DNA from: Podarcis tiliguerta | Lineage: Eukaryota | Strand: one strand, 5' to 3' | Assembly: GCA_965153285.1 (NCBI GenBank) | Contig: OZ229119.1 | DNA length: 64,000 bases | Shown here: in pieces, positions 23,959 through 35,897 of the stretch | Numbering within the stretch: the first letter of the stretch is position 1 | Layout: every line of letters begins with the position of its first letter | Notes under the pieces: model-generated | The model's input: the letters and a program-made list of their open reading frames with translations, nothing else | The model's database searches: none | What the model was told of the DNA's origin: nothing | Program-made: the position numbers and the translations under genes

Positions 23959-25442
23959 TACAGGGAAGGGATCACCTACACCTAAGAAATGCATGTAACA
24001 CAAGACTCCTCTTGAATTGGTGAGCAGGCAGGTTTTACACCTATCTTTTCCATCACATTATGCCACTACAAGGTGCAGATCTCCAGCTAGAAAAATCATT
24101 TTGCTTTATGACACAACTTATTAAAAACACTCTAACACAATAGGCAATACTTAACCAATTTACAAGGCTACTCATCTATTGTAGCATTGAGGAGAGTAGG
24201 AATGAAAGGGGCAGAGGGAACTAGTGATACACTGGGCATAGCAATGGGGGGGGGGGAGTGCTTTGTGCTATAAAGAGGAAGGGGATTGCTTGCTTTTAAA
24301 AGGGAAGCAGCCTTCAATTAAAATACTTGTATCCTACCCAAAGTTTATAAAGATAACCAGCCTCTCAAACACAGAAACTTTCCATAATGCTTTAATTTAT
24401 CCATTCAACATGAAAGGTAGTTTTCCTTTCTCCAAACCACTTCTAAACTACAGCTTTTTGAGTCAAAAAGAGCCTAAATTATTTAAATGTTTGTACTGAC
24501 AAGAGGAAAACTTTTACCTCTAAGGTACAGCCATCCAGTTTAAACCAAAATTAAATTTCTCTTCTGCTTCAACAGGGTGTATAGTCAAAGAAACCCTTTT
24601 CAAGTACCTACTACTACTGATGAGCTTTGAGCTATGGCTTCAAATACACTTTTCTAGTCCCCTTTCTTACAGAAGCCACATCCTGTACCCCAAAAAGTTG
24701 CTATTCAACCAAGATTCAAACAAAGTGCATAAGGATTCGACCAGAGGTTTTAAATCACTCACAGGTGTACTACGATAATACACTGGAGCAGGATTTGATA
24801 CCTACCCAGGTATTCTACGCTCTTTCTTCAGACTACACTAGTCTGATTTTAGAAAAGCCATTTTAAAGACTGAAAGAGATTAAGGGCAAGCAACACATGC
24901 ATGTACATTATTATTATTACTGCAACATCAAGCAATGCATGCTGAAGTGTTCCCTTATCACCTCAAACACTATTTTTCAATAAAAGTAATTCAACAGAAG
25001 TAATTCACACACTAAGCTGCAAGTCAGAGACAAAACAGTTATGAAAGGATTCGCAGGTGTTAAGTGGCCCTGATGTCAGAGACAAACATATCACCTCAAA
25101 TCAGTATAAATTGTACTACAACCTTAGATAGTTGTTCAATTAAATTTTAAAAGTACCTCCAATTAATCAGTCAGCAGATTTTAAATAAGTAACAAACATA
25201 AGTAACAAATAAGTAACATAAACAGCATTCTTAAACAAACAAAAATTAGAATTGCAAGGAAAGTAACAGTGCCATCTTTATTCTATTTAAACATGTTGTA
25301 TATAACTTAACTACAATCATCTATAAATACTGTACAGGAAATACAATACAGAGGCATTCCTTTCTATACATGAAAACATTGAGATAGAAATGATAACTGA
25401 TACATGTACGTATATAGAAATTCTGACTATTAAGGGGATTAA

Positions 25443-25600
25443 GCCAAAGGCCCACCTGGTCCAGCAACCTGTTCTCACAGTGGCCAACCAGATGCCTATG
25501 GGAAATCCACAAGCAGAACCCAAGTGCAAGACTACTTTCCCCCAACTGTGTTCCCAGCAACTGGTATGCAGAGGTATATTGTCTCTGACCCTGGAGTGGT
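25443..25600 (-). mobile_element. CR1 3'-terminal fragment
   Basis: gccaaaggcccacctggtccagcaacctgttctcacagtggccaaccagatgcc, typical of a reptile CR1 3'UTR. Confidence 0.65.
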
Positions 25601-26088
25601 AAGCTTTAAACTGGCATGTGGAAACCTGAGTATTTTAAATGTACACATGGCCAAATGTCTGACTCGGCTTTCTCAAATGTATAGTATACGGCAATTAACC
25701 CGATGAAAGCAATCATAGTTGGTCATGAATTTGTCAATAGATGAAGTATGAATAATTTCACTAACAAGGAAAAACCCATTGTTTTTAATAATGTATTTCT
25801 GGTACCACTTAATAGTCACTTAATAGTCAGAATGCCAATATCAGGTGTGTGTACTATTGACCAAACTGCCAATTCAGACTTTATGGTCATTGAAGCACCT
25901 TCCAGGTAGCAGTCAACACAAAACCAACCTTAGCACCAAGCCTGATGACAAAATCCAGCACAAAAAACTTCAACCATCTACAATTTAAGATGTGCAAGCA
26001 TATATAGCCAACAGAATTCATCTGTCTTCAAAATACTTTGAATAAAATAGCATTTTCCTTAGGGAAAGCATTCAACTATGATTTAATT

Positions 26089-26224
26089 GAGTGTTTCCCA
26101 AACTTGGGTCTTCAGCTGTTTTTGGACTACAACTTCCATCACCCCTAGATAGCAAGACCAGTGGTCAAGAATGATGGGAATTGTAGTCCAAAAACAACTG
26201 GCGACCCAAGTTTGGGAAACACTG
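26089..26224. mobile_element. Palindromic hAT-type MITE
   Basis: AGTGTTTCCCAAACTTGGGTC...GACCCAAGTTTGGGAAACACTG arms; 6/8 TSD atttaatt/gtttaatg. Confidence 0.88.
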
Positions 26225-26632
26225 GTTTAATGTGATATGCTAACCAAGCCACTGACAAGTATTCTAACATGGAGCTGCTAAAGCTGAAAAGGTGCTTATT
26301 TTAACCTTATTAAAGAAAAATAGAAAATGTAAGGGATTAGGTGGCAAGATCAAAGGTTCAACTCACTCCTTTAACAAAGATCACCTCTGCCTTCACCACC
26401 CATGAACTGCAGAAACAGTGGAAAGCAGGAGTGTTTGTGGTGAGCTTTTGCAAAAAGCAGTAAAAAACTGCATATGCCTTCTGTAGGAGTTTAGCATGAT
26501 GGCCACATAAAATGCCTCTCCCTTTCAACAAGCCTCTGCTGATGTCAAATGTTTGACAGGCACCAGGACAACCACAAATAGTGGCTGGCTATCATGCAAA
26601 ATAAAAGTTCTGTGGATGTCTGCAGAAAGATA

Positions 26633-26879
26633 CAGTGGTACCTCATCTAGCATCTGCCTCATCCAGTGCCCATTCCATTGAACGTCTGCGGCATACCCAG
26701 AAGTACCGGAACGGGTTACTTCCGGGTTTGCCACTTGCGCATGTGCAGAAGTGCTAAATCGCACTTCGTGCATGGCAGAAGCGCAATTCACTCCACGTGT
26801 GTGTGCTTTGTCCAGCATCCTTTTCGGCCAGCGACCAGGGCTCCAGAACAGAACCAGGTCGCAAAATGGGGTACTACTG
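26633..26879. mobile_element. Tc1/mariner MITE
   Basis: TA-CAGTGGTACC...GGTACTACTG-TA; interior carries acttccgggttt and tgcgcatg motifs shared with other copies. Confidence 0.75.
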
Positions 26880-29534
26880 TACTTTCTTCAGATTGAAGGG
26901 ATCTGTCATCAGTCTCTGGGTCTTTGGAATCTTTTGAAAGGAAAATGCAACATACTGACAAAATATGCTTTGTTCCATGATGCTTTCCAGTAGAAAAAGA
27001 GCATTAGACAGAAACTCGCCAAAGGCTACCTGAAAATCATGGTTGAACAGTCAGTTGACACACTGAAGCAGGAAATAACTCGGTGTGACTTGGGAGGGCC
27101 TCAAAGACTAGAGAAAATGGAAAAGGGCAGGTTCAATAGTTATTAACTGGACACAAACGGATAGTTGGGTTATCAGAGAAGACTTTAAGTGTAACATTTT
27201 TGTGATGTCTCAAAACAACTACACGTCAAGATTGTCAGATCTGAGAAAAAAGGTTTTAATATTCTTATCTGATACATTAATTAGGCCCCGAGCAAGATCT
27301 ACTCTCCAAGCCTTTCCTCTTTCTCAGGAAGGGTGTGGGGACACGTTTCAGTGGCAAAACCTGCCTAATGTACATTATGCAAACCAACTAAGTCCCACTC
27401 CTTGGATAGGTACAGCCCCGGACTGCCAGGGAGATTCTAAAACTCATTGTTTGCAGTCTTATTTGTGAGTCAGGCTTCAGTGTCATATCGACACACTTCA
27501 GTTATGTTTTGTGTTTCTCCAACTCAAGAGTTTTCAGTAGAGTTGGCATCAGTTTTTCCATTGTGTTTCAACCAATCAATTTAACTATGTGCTCTACCTG
27601 TTATATGAAGATCTCACCATGTGAACTGCTGGAAGTCTAATCTGCCATTCTGGGAAAGTAGGGTTTCTAGCTCTTCAACTGCTCAGTCTAGCTGTGCTTT
27701 TAAAGGCAGATATTATTAGGTGCCATTGTTTATTTGCATGCTGTAAAGATATTCAGCCTAGTGCACTAGATTCTGCAGAAGCTGCTGTTCAAGGCTGAAA
27801 AACAGGCCAGCATGGGTTGTCTGGTCAGTTGGCAACCCTAGAAAAGATAGATTTAAATATGTGAGTGAAGAAACCAATGGAAGTACGGAGCTATAAACAA
27901 CGATGTAGATGTACAAGAAAGAAAAATGGGTAGCAAGCTCTCAGAGTAGCACATTAAGGAGTGAACAAAAAAAAGAGTAAATGTTAAAAGATGCAGGTGC
28001 AGATAGACTTTGCGGTAGAAAAAGAGAAAAACAGAAAGGGTGTGCAGAAAAACCTGCTGGTATGGAAACATGAGAGTGCCACAGAGTGCAAAGAAAAAAG
28101 AAGGATTAGAGGTAGAGGCACAGAGACCCCAGGTGGAAAGGAAATATAAGGAGATGGCAACAGACTGTTGAGAAAAGTGTGCATGCTCCAATGTGCGGAG
28201 AGAGAAATATAGGGAGAGAATGTTTTAATAGGTAAGAGTACAGATAGAATGTGTTATGTGCAAAAGATTGGCAGACTGAATTGTATTCAGACACAGACTG
28301 TTCTGAAATTAAAATAGCTGTGCAGCCCTCTTTTAACAAAAATGAAAATAGCCCTCAGTGCTTTGGGTTGTCTCTTCCTACTCTGAAGCATCAGGTGTAT
28401 CACAAATGGAGATGGGGGTCTGATCTATGACTCAAAAGGTTTCCTGGGGACAGATGTATGACGTGAGTTTCCCTGGACAGTTGGTACATTACACCACATG
28501 GACATGGTAACGTAGATGAACATCCACTTGCTTGAACACTTGACCACAAGTTTGGAGACAGGAATTTATGCCTAGCATGAAAGCACCTAGTGCAGCCATG
28601 CAATTCCCCACTCACCTGCTTGCTGAAAACTGCACACTGCTCCAGCACTGTGAAGAACTACTCCTGGCACTTTAAATCCTGGAGTACAAGAGAGTATATG
28701 TGCAGCCAGCAACAGAATATGTTTTCTATACTTAGAAATGAAGCAAAGGTATGGGCAGCAGCTCTACAGAAGAAGTGGGGCAACATGAGGTACAAGTAAA
28801 AAGAAAAGAGAAAGGCAGCTGGGAGAAAGAGAAAGAATCCTGTTAAGTGAAGGAGGGAGTTGCTAAGTGTTGCTTCAAAACTTAAAAGGCAGAGTTAGCA
28901 ACTCCGAAGGTATTTGCATTTCTATTGCAAGGCCTGTCAACTTCTGCTTTTCAATTTTATGGTATATTTGAGATTATATTTACAACATCAGGAACAAACA
29001 GGCAAGACGTTAGCATAACTAGGTACCAAATGAATGAGATCCACAAATGTGTATCTGTATACCCATTTAAATTTAGTTCAGAAAGTCTTCCATAAGAGTG
29101 TAGAGCACATAACATGAGAGGTTATTATGTACATTGGGGAAAACTATCTAGGTCCCAACCATGTTTAAAGAGTTATAGGCCCATGACCGGTACCTTAAGT
29201 TGCCTTATACTCTAAAAGTACCCCAAACCTATGCTTCTACTTGATTAAATGTTGGATCCATTCTTCTGGACTACAAGATCTGCCAACTATTATTACCATG
29301 ATCCAGCATCCAGTACCTTGCCAGCATCCAAAATGGCTGACTGAGACAGACAGACAGATACACACACACCATTTTAATATGAAGTTCAGATTAGATATAA
29401 GGTATTCATTAGCTCTGATAAATGGAAGTTACATGAAATATAAGAGCTACAGCTTTTCTACTTATAATATGTAGCATGATGGTGGTCTTTGGTGCTAGAT
29501 AAGCTGCCTCCTCCCTAGATAGAAACTACACAAC

Positions 29535-29605
29535 AGTGCAACCCTATGCATGCTCACTCAGAAGTAATTCCTAATGTAATTCAATAGCACTTACTTACAT
29601 AGAAT
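29535..29605. repeat. Short degenerate palindromic squamate repeat (CAATCCTATGCAT...TTACTCAGAAGTAA family)
   Basis: Related degenerate copies near 17400-17500, 44470-44550 and 45685-45755. Confidence 0.45.
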
Positions 29606-31579
29606 TACGACCCAATTTGCAAGATCCAAACATACATGGATAGCAAGTACTTTCTACTACCATCACCAGTTGTATAAGGTGTGTATGCCCATAAACTCTA
29701 GTGTTCAAGGTAAAATGAAACCATTTTTCTTAGCATACAAAATATTTAAATTTTACAGAAAATTCTCCATTACAACCTGCAAAGCACACACACACACACA
29801 CATATATGTGTCTGTGTGTTTATATATATAGGTTTATTATGCAAAGGATAAGGGACAGCATGCCTTATCAACAAGCAAATTAAACCATTAAACAAGTATT
29901 TTCATAAGTACAGGGTTAATCTTTTGCACTATGCACCTAAAATATATAGTCCAATCACTACCAACTATCCAAGAAGAAACACTGCCTCTTGCCTTTATTA
30001 GAAACTGGATCCCGAGGCAGTTGGACAATAACCTACCAACATGTGTGCCCAATAATAAAGTGTTTAAATCTTCATGAGAGTCACTTTTGCTGGTTTTTAG
30101 AATCTTACAAGATTTACCACCTGCTATCTTCACGCCAAGACTAACTGTATCATGAGTAAAGTATTTCAAAAGAAATATTGCTGAACACAACAGATAAATC
30201 TAGAAGTTTTTCCTTCAAAAAATAGAATTTAAATTCATTGTGAACAGATCTGTTTTTAATCTCATGTCAAAAACCATTCGGAATGAGCCACAGTACTCAA
30301 GTTGTCACCTGTGAAACATTTATAAATGAGGTTGCTACAACCATTTCAGAACAGATCACCTAAAATAATCTATATTTACAAACCCAACAACCAATGACTG
30401 CTTGCTATTACTTAATTTCGCAATACACAAGGATGGGATTTCAGCGTATTCAGTTGCAGTTATAGTCTGTGGAACACAGCCATTAAGTAGAGGCAAAATG
30501 CAAAGGCATCTGCTTCCCTCTGGCTTGATTTTAATAGAAATACAACTTGCAAGATAACATACATTTTAGTACAAATATTCACTATTATCGTTATTGTGTA
30601 TTTGCAATACCAGTGGTACTGCCCAGAAATAACTATAGAGATGATAAGTATAGATATCATGTAGCCTGTGTGTCATTTTGAAGCACACCATGCACCTTGC
30701 TAATTCTGAGTTTTAATGACAGATGAAAGATAGTGAGTTCATGCTAACCAGAAACAGTCATGGGGTTTCATATTGGAAATATGTTGTAGAAACTTAGGAA
30801 GCTGCATTATGCCAAGTTAGATTACTGGTTCATCAAGCCCAGTCTCCTTTAGACAACTGAGGGACCCCATACTCAATGTTATAAACTCAATAAGCTTATT
30901 AAGAAAAAGTAGTACTATAATATTAGAAGGGGCACTGCTAATCAATAATATGAAATGCTCCCCTTGTCATAATCTGAGCATCAACACACATAGCTATGCT
31001 CCTCTTTCTCCATAAAGACAGCCATCTAGGTGATAGATTTGCTACCACTGCATCAATCCACACAAGAAACTGTTTTACAAATAGATCAACACCTAATTCA
31101 GAAACAGTTTGATCCATCTTTTATTTCAACTCATTTTTCTATTTGCATCCACTACGCCATAAATACTGTCACTTCCGATCTGATGATCATGTAGACTTCT
31201 ACAATTGGAACTGAAGTTCTAAAATGTTAAGGACCATAAGGTACTGAAAGGTACTTATTTCATGTGTGATTATTTCTTCATACTAAACCTGCATTAATAT
31301 AAGAAAAATACTAAATATTAGTATTTAAGATCAGCTGCCAATGGGGGTGTGTGTTTTGACCAGGAGACAAAAGACCAAGAGACTACATCGGGTATGGACA
31401 TTAAGTGTGTATTTCTAGTATTCCTATGGTATCTCTTGTAAATTCTACATAGTGATGCTAAACCCTTACACTGTGCCTTTCGACACCCTTGGCTTTGTTC
31501 TCATTGCCACAGGATCTGCATTTGGTTGTATAAATATACTATGTGAGTGTCATATCTATCCCGTTTCTATGGCTGCCTT

Positions 31580-31710
31580 CCGCAATGTGTTGGCCTATGA
31601 ATTTCATCCAACAGTAACTCTCATCAGCCTCAGTCAGAATAGCCAATGGTCAGAGATGATGGGGATTGTAGTCCAGCAGTATCTGAAGGGAACCACACTG
31701 AGGAAGATTG
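31580..31710. mobile_element. Degenerate palindromic hAT-type MITE
   Basis: aactctcatcagcctcagtcag...gatgatggggattgtagtccagcagtatctgaaggg core. Confidence 0.55.
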
Positions 31711-33551
31711 CTTTATGGCATAGTAATATTTTACATTTCTGTTTCTTTTGGAAATTGCTAAAGAATTATTAACCTCACATACTTCATATATCTTTGGCAG
31801 GGGGTAGGCTGAAACTACAATAATAGAGGCATGTTTTAAGGGCAACAGGTGAATTAATGGCAGAGATAAATTTTCAACCAGGGACTTGCAGGCTCCCAGT
31901 CTCAGCCACCAACTCTTAAATGGATGAGCAACCTAAGCTTGATTTACAATGATAAAAGGCAAGGCATACTACTCTGTGAATCAGCAAATACTTGGAGTTC
32001 CTATACTTGCATTTGTAGAATGCGAGCAAAGCAGTTCAGTTATCTTAAACATCTCAAAGGGGTGGGGGTGGGGGATAAGTATAGCACAAGGGAAAATGGC
32101 ATTATTCAAGACTCTTACAACAGAATTTAATCAAATCCGCAGACCAAGAAGAGATAGGTACTTCAACCAGGAACCTCCTACCTTGTTTTAATGAAACTGG
32201 ATATTTGCCAGCATAGTCTTCTACATTAGGAGCGGTTACAGTAGGTACAAATTGGCAACAACAAGGTCAGATACTCCAAAACGTTTATCAGTTAGTTTCC
32301 AGGTAAGTTGCTCACAAAAGTTTTTCCTCCAACTATATCCAACTTTTTACATCCAGGAAGTATACGTGCCAGCTGTCTGGAAGATGAATGTGAAGATATT
32401 CCTGGTCACCCATCTAAGTTCCCTTTGGGCAGGTAGTAGTGTGGCAAACAGGCAGCGCTTTCTTCCTATGAAGTACACGCAGCAATCTTCCCCCTCAATC
32501 CCACACCTCATCCCACTACTGGCACCGTGAAGGCATCTTCATGAACTCACGTGGTGGTCACATCCAAAGCTTAGGCATACCACTTGGCGGAGATGACAGG
32601 GTCATGAAAACTTTCGATGAAATGGGATAAATCCTAACGCCACCTTCCTCACATACAGACGCTTGCCCCGGGGAGGCTGCTTTGGTCAGCCTCGCCGGCC
32701 CACGCGGCATTCGAGGGCGCTTCCAAAATGTTCATAAGCGACACATGCAACTAAGCCATTAGTAAATCACTTTAACGTCGTGATAAACCACACAGAGGGG
32801 CTCGTGCAAGAGAGGGGGGGAGAGAGAAGCCTGACATTCCGCTCTATTCCCAACCACAACCCCTGACTTGAAAGCAAGGAGTCAGGCTTAGCAGGTAGGA
32901 GCAGGAGGACCCTCGGCAGCCAGCCTCCGGCTCCCGACTCCCTTCCCCAAGAGGAGAGAGGCTGGCCGGGCGGCTGGGCGCCCCGCAGGGCGGGTAAATA
33001 GAAGCTCAAGGCTGCCGAGGATGATAATGCCGTGCAGTGGCGGCGGCGTAATCCCGGCTACTTAGCCTGGCAGAGCAAACCGGAGACCAAGAAGCACCTT
33101 CACCTAACGGGCGCCCGGCGGCCCATTCTAAAGAGCAGCCGCCGCCGCGCGTCGGCGGACGGGGAGATGAACGCTGACCAACCGGAGGGGCATGAGGGGA
33201 GAGCTCTCTCGCTTTCCCTCGCCCAGCTGCCGGCCCAGCGAGAAGGTGGCGGGCGGGCGGCCGTAGGCGCTGCTCCCGGGCTGCCCTCAAGGTCATGCCG
33301 CGCCTGGCTTCGAGGCGGCCGGCGTGGGCTCCCCGTGGGAAGGAGGGGCGCGGGCAGGGCCCAGGTCTCCTGCCCCTCACCCCCACCCCGCGGCCGCCTC
33401 CTTCCGGCAGGCTAATCCCCCAGCCCGCCTGGCCTGCGCTGCTCCGCGGCGCCTCGCCACCTGCGCCTCCGGAGGTGCCCCGTCCGACGCCCTCGCCGCG
33501 TCCTCTCTTCGGGCTGCCCGGCCGCACGCTGCCCACCCTTCCGCCTCTTAC

Positions 33552-34140
33552 CTCAGGGTCCGCCGCCGCCGCCAAGCCCCACACGCGGCCAGCGCCGCCG
33601 CCGCCGCCTCCACCTCCAGTGCCTGCCTGCTGCACAGGATCCCCCCACCCCGCCCCAGAGCGCGCGAGCCCCAGCCAAGCCCGCCTGAGACCGGGAGGGG
33701 ACGGAGGGAGAGAGGGAGGGAGGGAGAGAGGAGGTGGCGGCAGCAGCAGCAGCCGGAGCGAGGGAGGGAAGGAAGGAGGGAGGGGAGGAGGAGGAGGGAG
33801 CCGGGCGCCCTGCCCCGCCCTCCGCGGTAGCTCCCCAGCAGCAGCGCCTCGCCCTCGCTAGTCAGCGGCAGAGAGGCGTGCGGGCAGCGCTCGGCTCCCT
33901 TCGCCGAGCCATATGCCGCGCGGGAGGGAGCCGCTGCCTTCGCCGCCTCCCAGCCACAGGCGGCCCGGCTCGCTCTCCCTCTCCGCTGCTCGCACGCTCG
34001 CTCGCTCTCCACCGCGAGGGTCGGCCACTTACTAGTCCGTTCGCCCGCTTCTCCTCAGGCGAGCCCTCCTCCCCAAAGCGACGGTAGCCACCGGGTTCCG
34101 AACCGGCCCGACCCCCCCTCACTCACACACTCACTCACAC
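33552..34140 (-). other. ATP2B1: ATP2B1 non-coding exon 1 (5' end approximate)
   Basis: Strong donor CTGAG|GTAAGA at 33552/33551 inside the island. TSS inferred near the GAGTGTGAGTGAGT tract just downstream of the E-box/GC/CCAAT cluster. Confidence 0.7.
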
Positions 34141-34156
34141 TCTCTCCCCGGTCCCC

Positions 34157-34370
34157 GTCACGTGACAGGGTCTCGCTTGGGTTGGAGGAAGAGGCGGGGG
34201 TCTGAAGGCGCGGCGCCTTCACTGGTGGGGGGGGCAGGCGGGGGAGAGAAAGGGCGGAGCCTCCGATTGGCACTGGCGCCTGAAGGGGCGGTGCGTGCCG
34301 CTTTCTCCGCCTCCCCGACCTCCCGCTATTGGTCGGAGTTGCCTGACGTGCTTGTTTCCATGACGTATGT
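34157..34370 (-). promoter_or_regulatory. ATP2B1 proximal promoter motif cluster
   Basis: GTCACGTGAC at 34157-34166; GC boxes near 34192, 34252 and 34286; minus-strand CCAAT boxes at 34266-34270 and 34328-34332; CRE-like TGACGT at 34344 and 34361; no TATA box. Confidence 0.75.
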
Positions 34371-35662
34371 GGGTCGGGCTGAGGCGTTTGATGAGGCCCG
34401 GCGGGCTCCGGGTCGTTGACTTTGCCACGAGCGTCTCCCTGGGGAGGGGGGGGGGGAAGCTAAGGCGCTTTTGCCCCTCCTCTTCCACCACACTTGCACG
34501 TCCCCGCCTCCCCCCCCGCTCCATTGGGCCACCCCCACTCCACAAACTGCGGGCAGGGGGTCGTCTGGGGCCCGCGCAAGTCGCTCTGGCCATTGACTCA
34601 CTTCAGGCTGGGAAAGGCGAGGGACGTGTGGAGGAGGATTTGGGCGGGGGGAGGGGGCGGTTAGAAGACCCAACTGCCAAAGGAGGCGGAGGTCACCGTT
34701 TGTCAGCTCGCGAGCGCGAAACATGCGCCCTCGAGGAGACCGCAGAGAAAACCCCGAGCGGCGGCCGTTCGCCCTTCCGAGCGGCGTCTGCGATTGAAAT
34801 GACAGCACGAGAGACGGGACTTCGACGTGCCTGAGCGATGGGCCGTCTTAGGGAGGAGCGGGAGGTGGGCCTGAAGGGGTTAGAAGGCAGTGCACACAAG
34901 CCAATGCACACGACGTTCCCTCAGAGGGCCGGCATTTACAGACAGAGACCACGGAGGAGGGAGAGGCGACCGATTTCCGTCACTGACACTTGATGATGAT
35001 CGGGGGAGGGGGCGCTTGGAGAGACCGGATCTCTCGCTCTGCCGCCTGTCATGTCCTCCCTGTCAGAACAAAGATGACGACGCGTGCTGCTGCTTCGTGT
35101 TTAGTCACTTCCTCGCCTCGCCAGAGCAGTTGCTTTTGAGGAGCCTCGCGGCAGCGTGTGCGTGAGAGGAAGGGGGTGAGGGACAAAGTGAAGAGCTGCC
35201 GTTTATATTAGAGATCATATGTATAAAAGCGTGGTGGTGCTCAGCCTTTAAATCCGTTTTATTCTCCATCGACGTTGCTAGCCCAGTCCTAAACTGTTTG
35301 GTCCTGGGGGTGCATTATAGCTGGGTGGCTTCCATGTTCTCTGTGGGTCAGCTGCACACACGGAGTTCAAATGAAAGTTGAGGTAACAGGGAAATGATGT
35401 TCACGTTTGGCGGAGAATCCTGCCTGTCTTTCACCAGACATCATACAAAAACACTGTGCCCAATTTGTTTGAAGGTCCATGCCTGTGTTATGTATAGACC
35501 TGCACCAGGACTATGTCTGGAAGTAGGAGGAACAGTGATCCACTATGGTTCCAATGTGATACAAATGTCAAAATTTACAGGAAACACACATCCTGGTACA
35601 GTCATAGCATCAATGATGACAGTATTATGGAATCATGAGGCTTCCTAATTCTATTCATCATA

Positions 35663-35897
35663 AGTGGTACCTTGGGTTATAGACGTTTCAGGTTACAGAC
35701 ACTTGACAGACTCCGCTAACCCAGAAATAGTACCTCGGGTTAAGAACTTTGCTTCAGGATGAGAAAGAAATTGTGCTCCGGCGGCGTGGCGGCGGCGGGA
35801 GGCCCCATTAGCTAAAGTGGTGCTTCAGGTTAAGAACAGTTTCAGGTTAAGAGCAGACCTCCGGAACGAATTAAGTACTTAACCCAAGGTACCACTG
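35663..35897. mobile_element. Tc1/mariner MITE (GGTTAAGAAC family)
   Basis: Near-identical to 18368-18593; TA flanks. Confidence 0.92.

Larger units (their letters stand above)
6280..33551 (-). other. ATP2B1: ATP2B1 intron 1 (~27.3 kb)
   Basis: Bounded by donor CTGAG|GTAAGA at 33551 and acceptor TTGCAG at 6280. Extra non-coding exons inside it cannot be excluded. Confidence 0.75.
32680..35170. promoter_or_regulatory. CpG island spanning the ATP2B1 promoter, exon 1 and the start of intron 1
   Basis: Abrupt rise in GC and CpG density over ~2.5 kb against an AT-rich, CpG-poor background. Confidence 0.95.

Noticed and set aside
32300-32308. Perfect plus-strand splice donor CAG|GTAAGT
   Set aside because: Antisense to ATP2B1, with no supporting exon or promoter context; one such hit in 64 kb is weak evidence.
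33006-34834. Many overlapping 120-210 aa ORFs on both strands
   Set aside because: Low-complexity Gly/Pro/Arg/Ala translations, as expected from stop-poor CpG-island sequence; many start at non-ATG codons and none has a recognisable domain.
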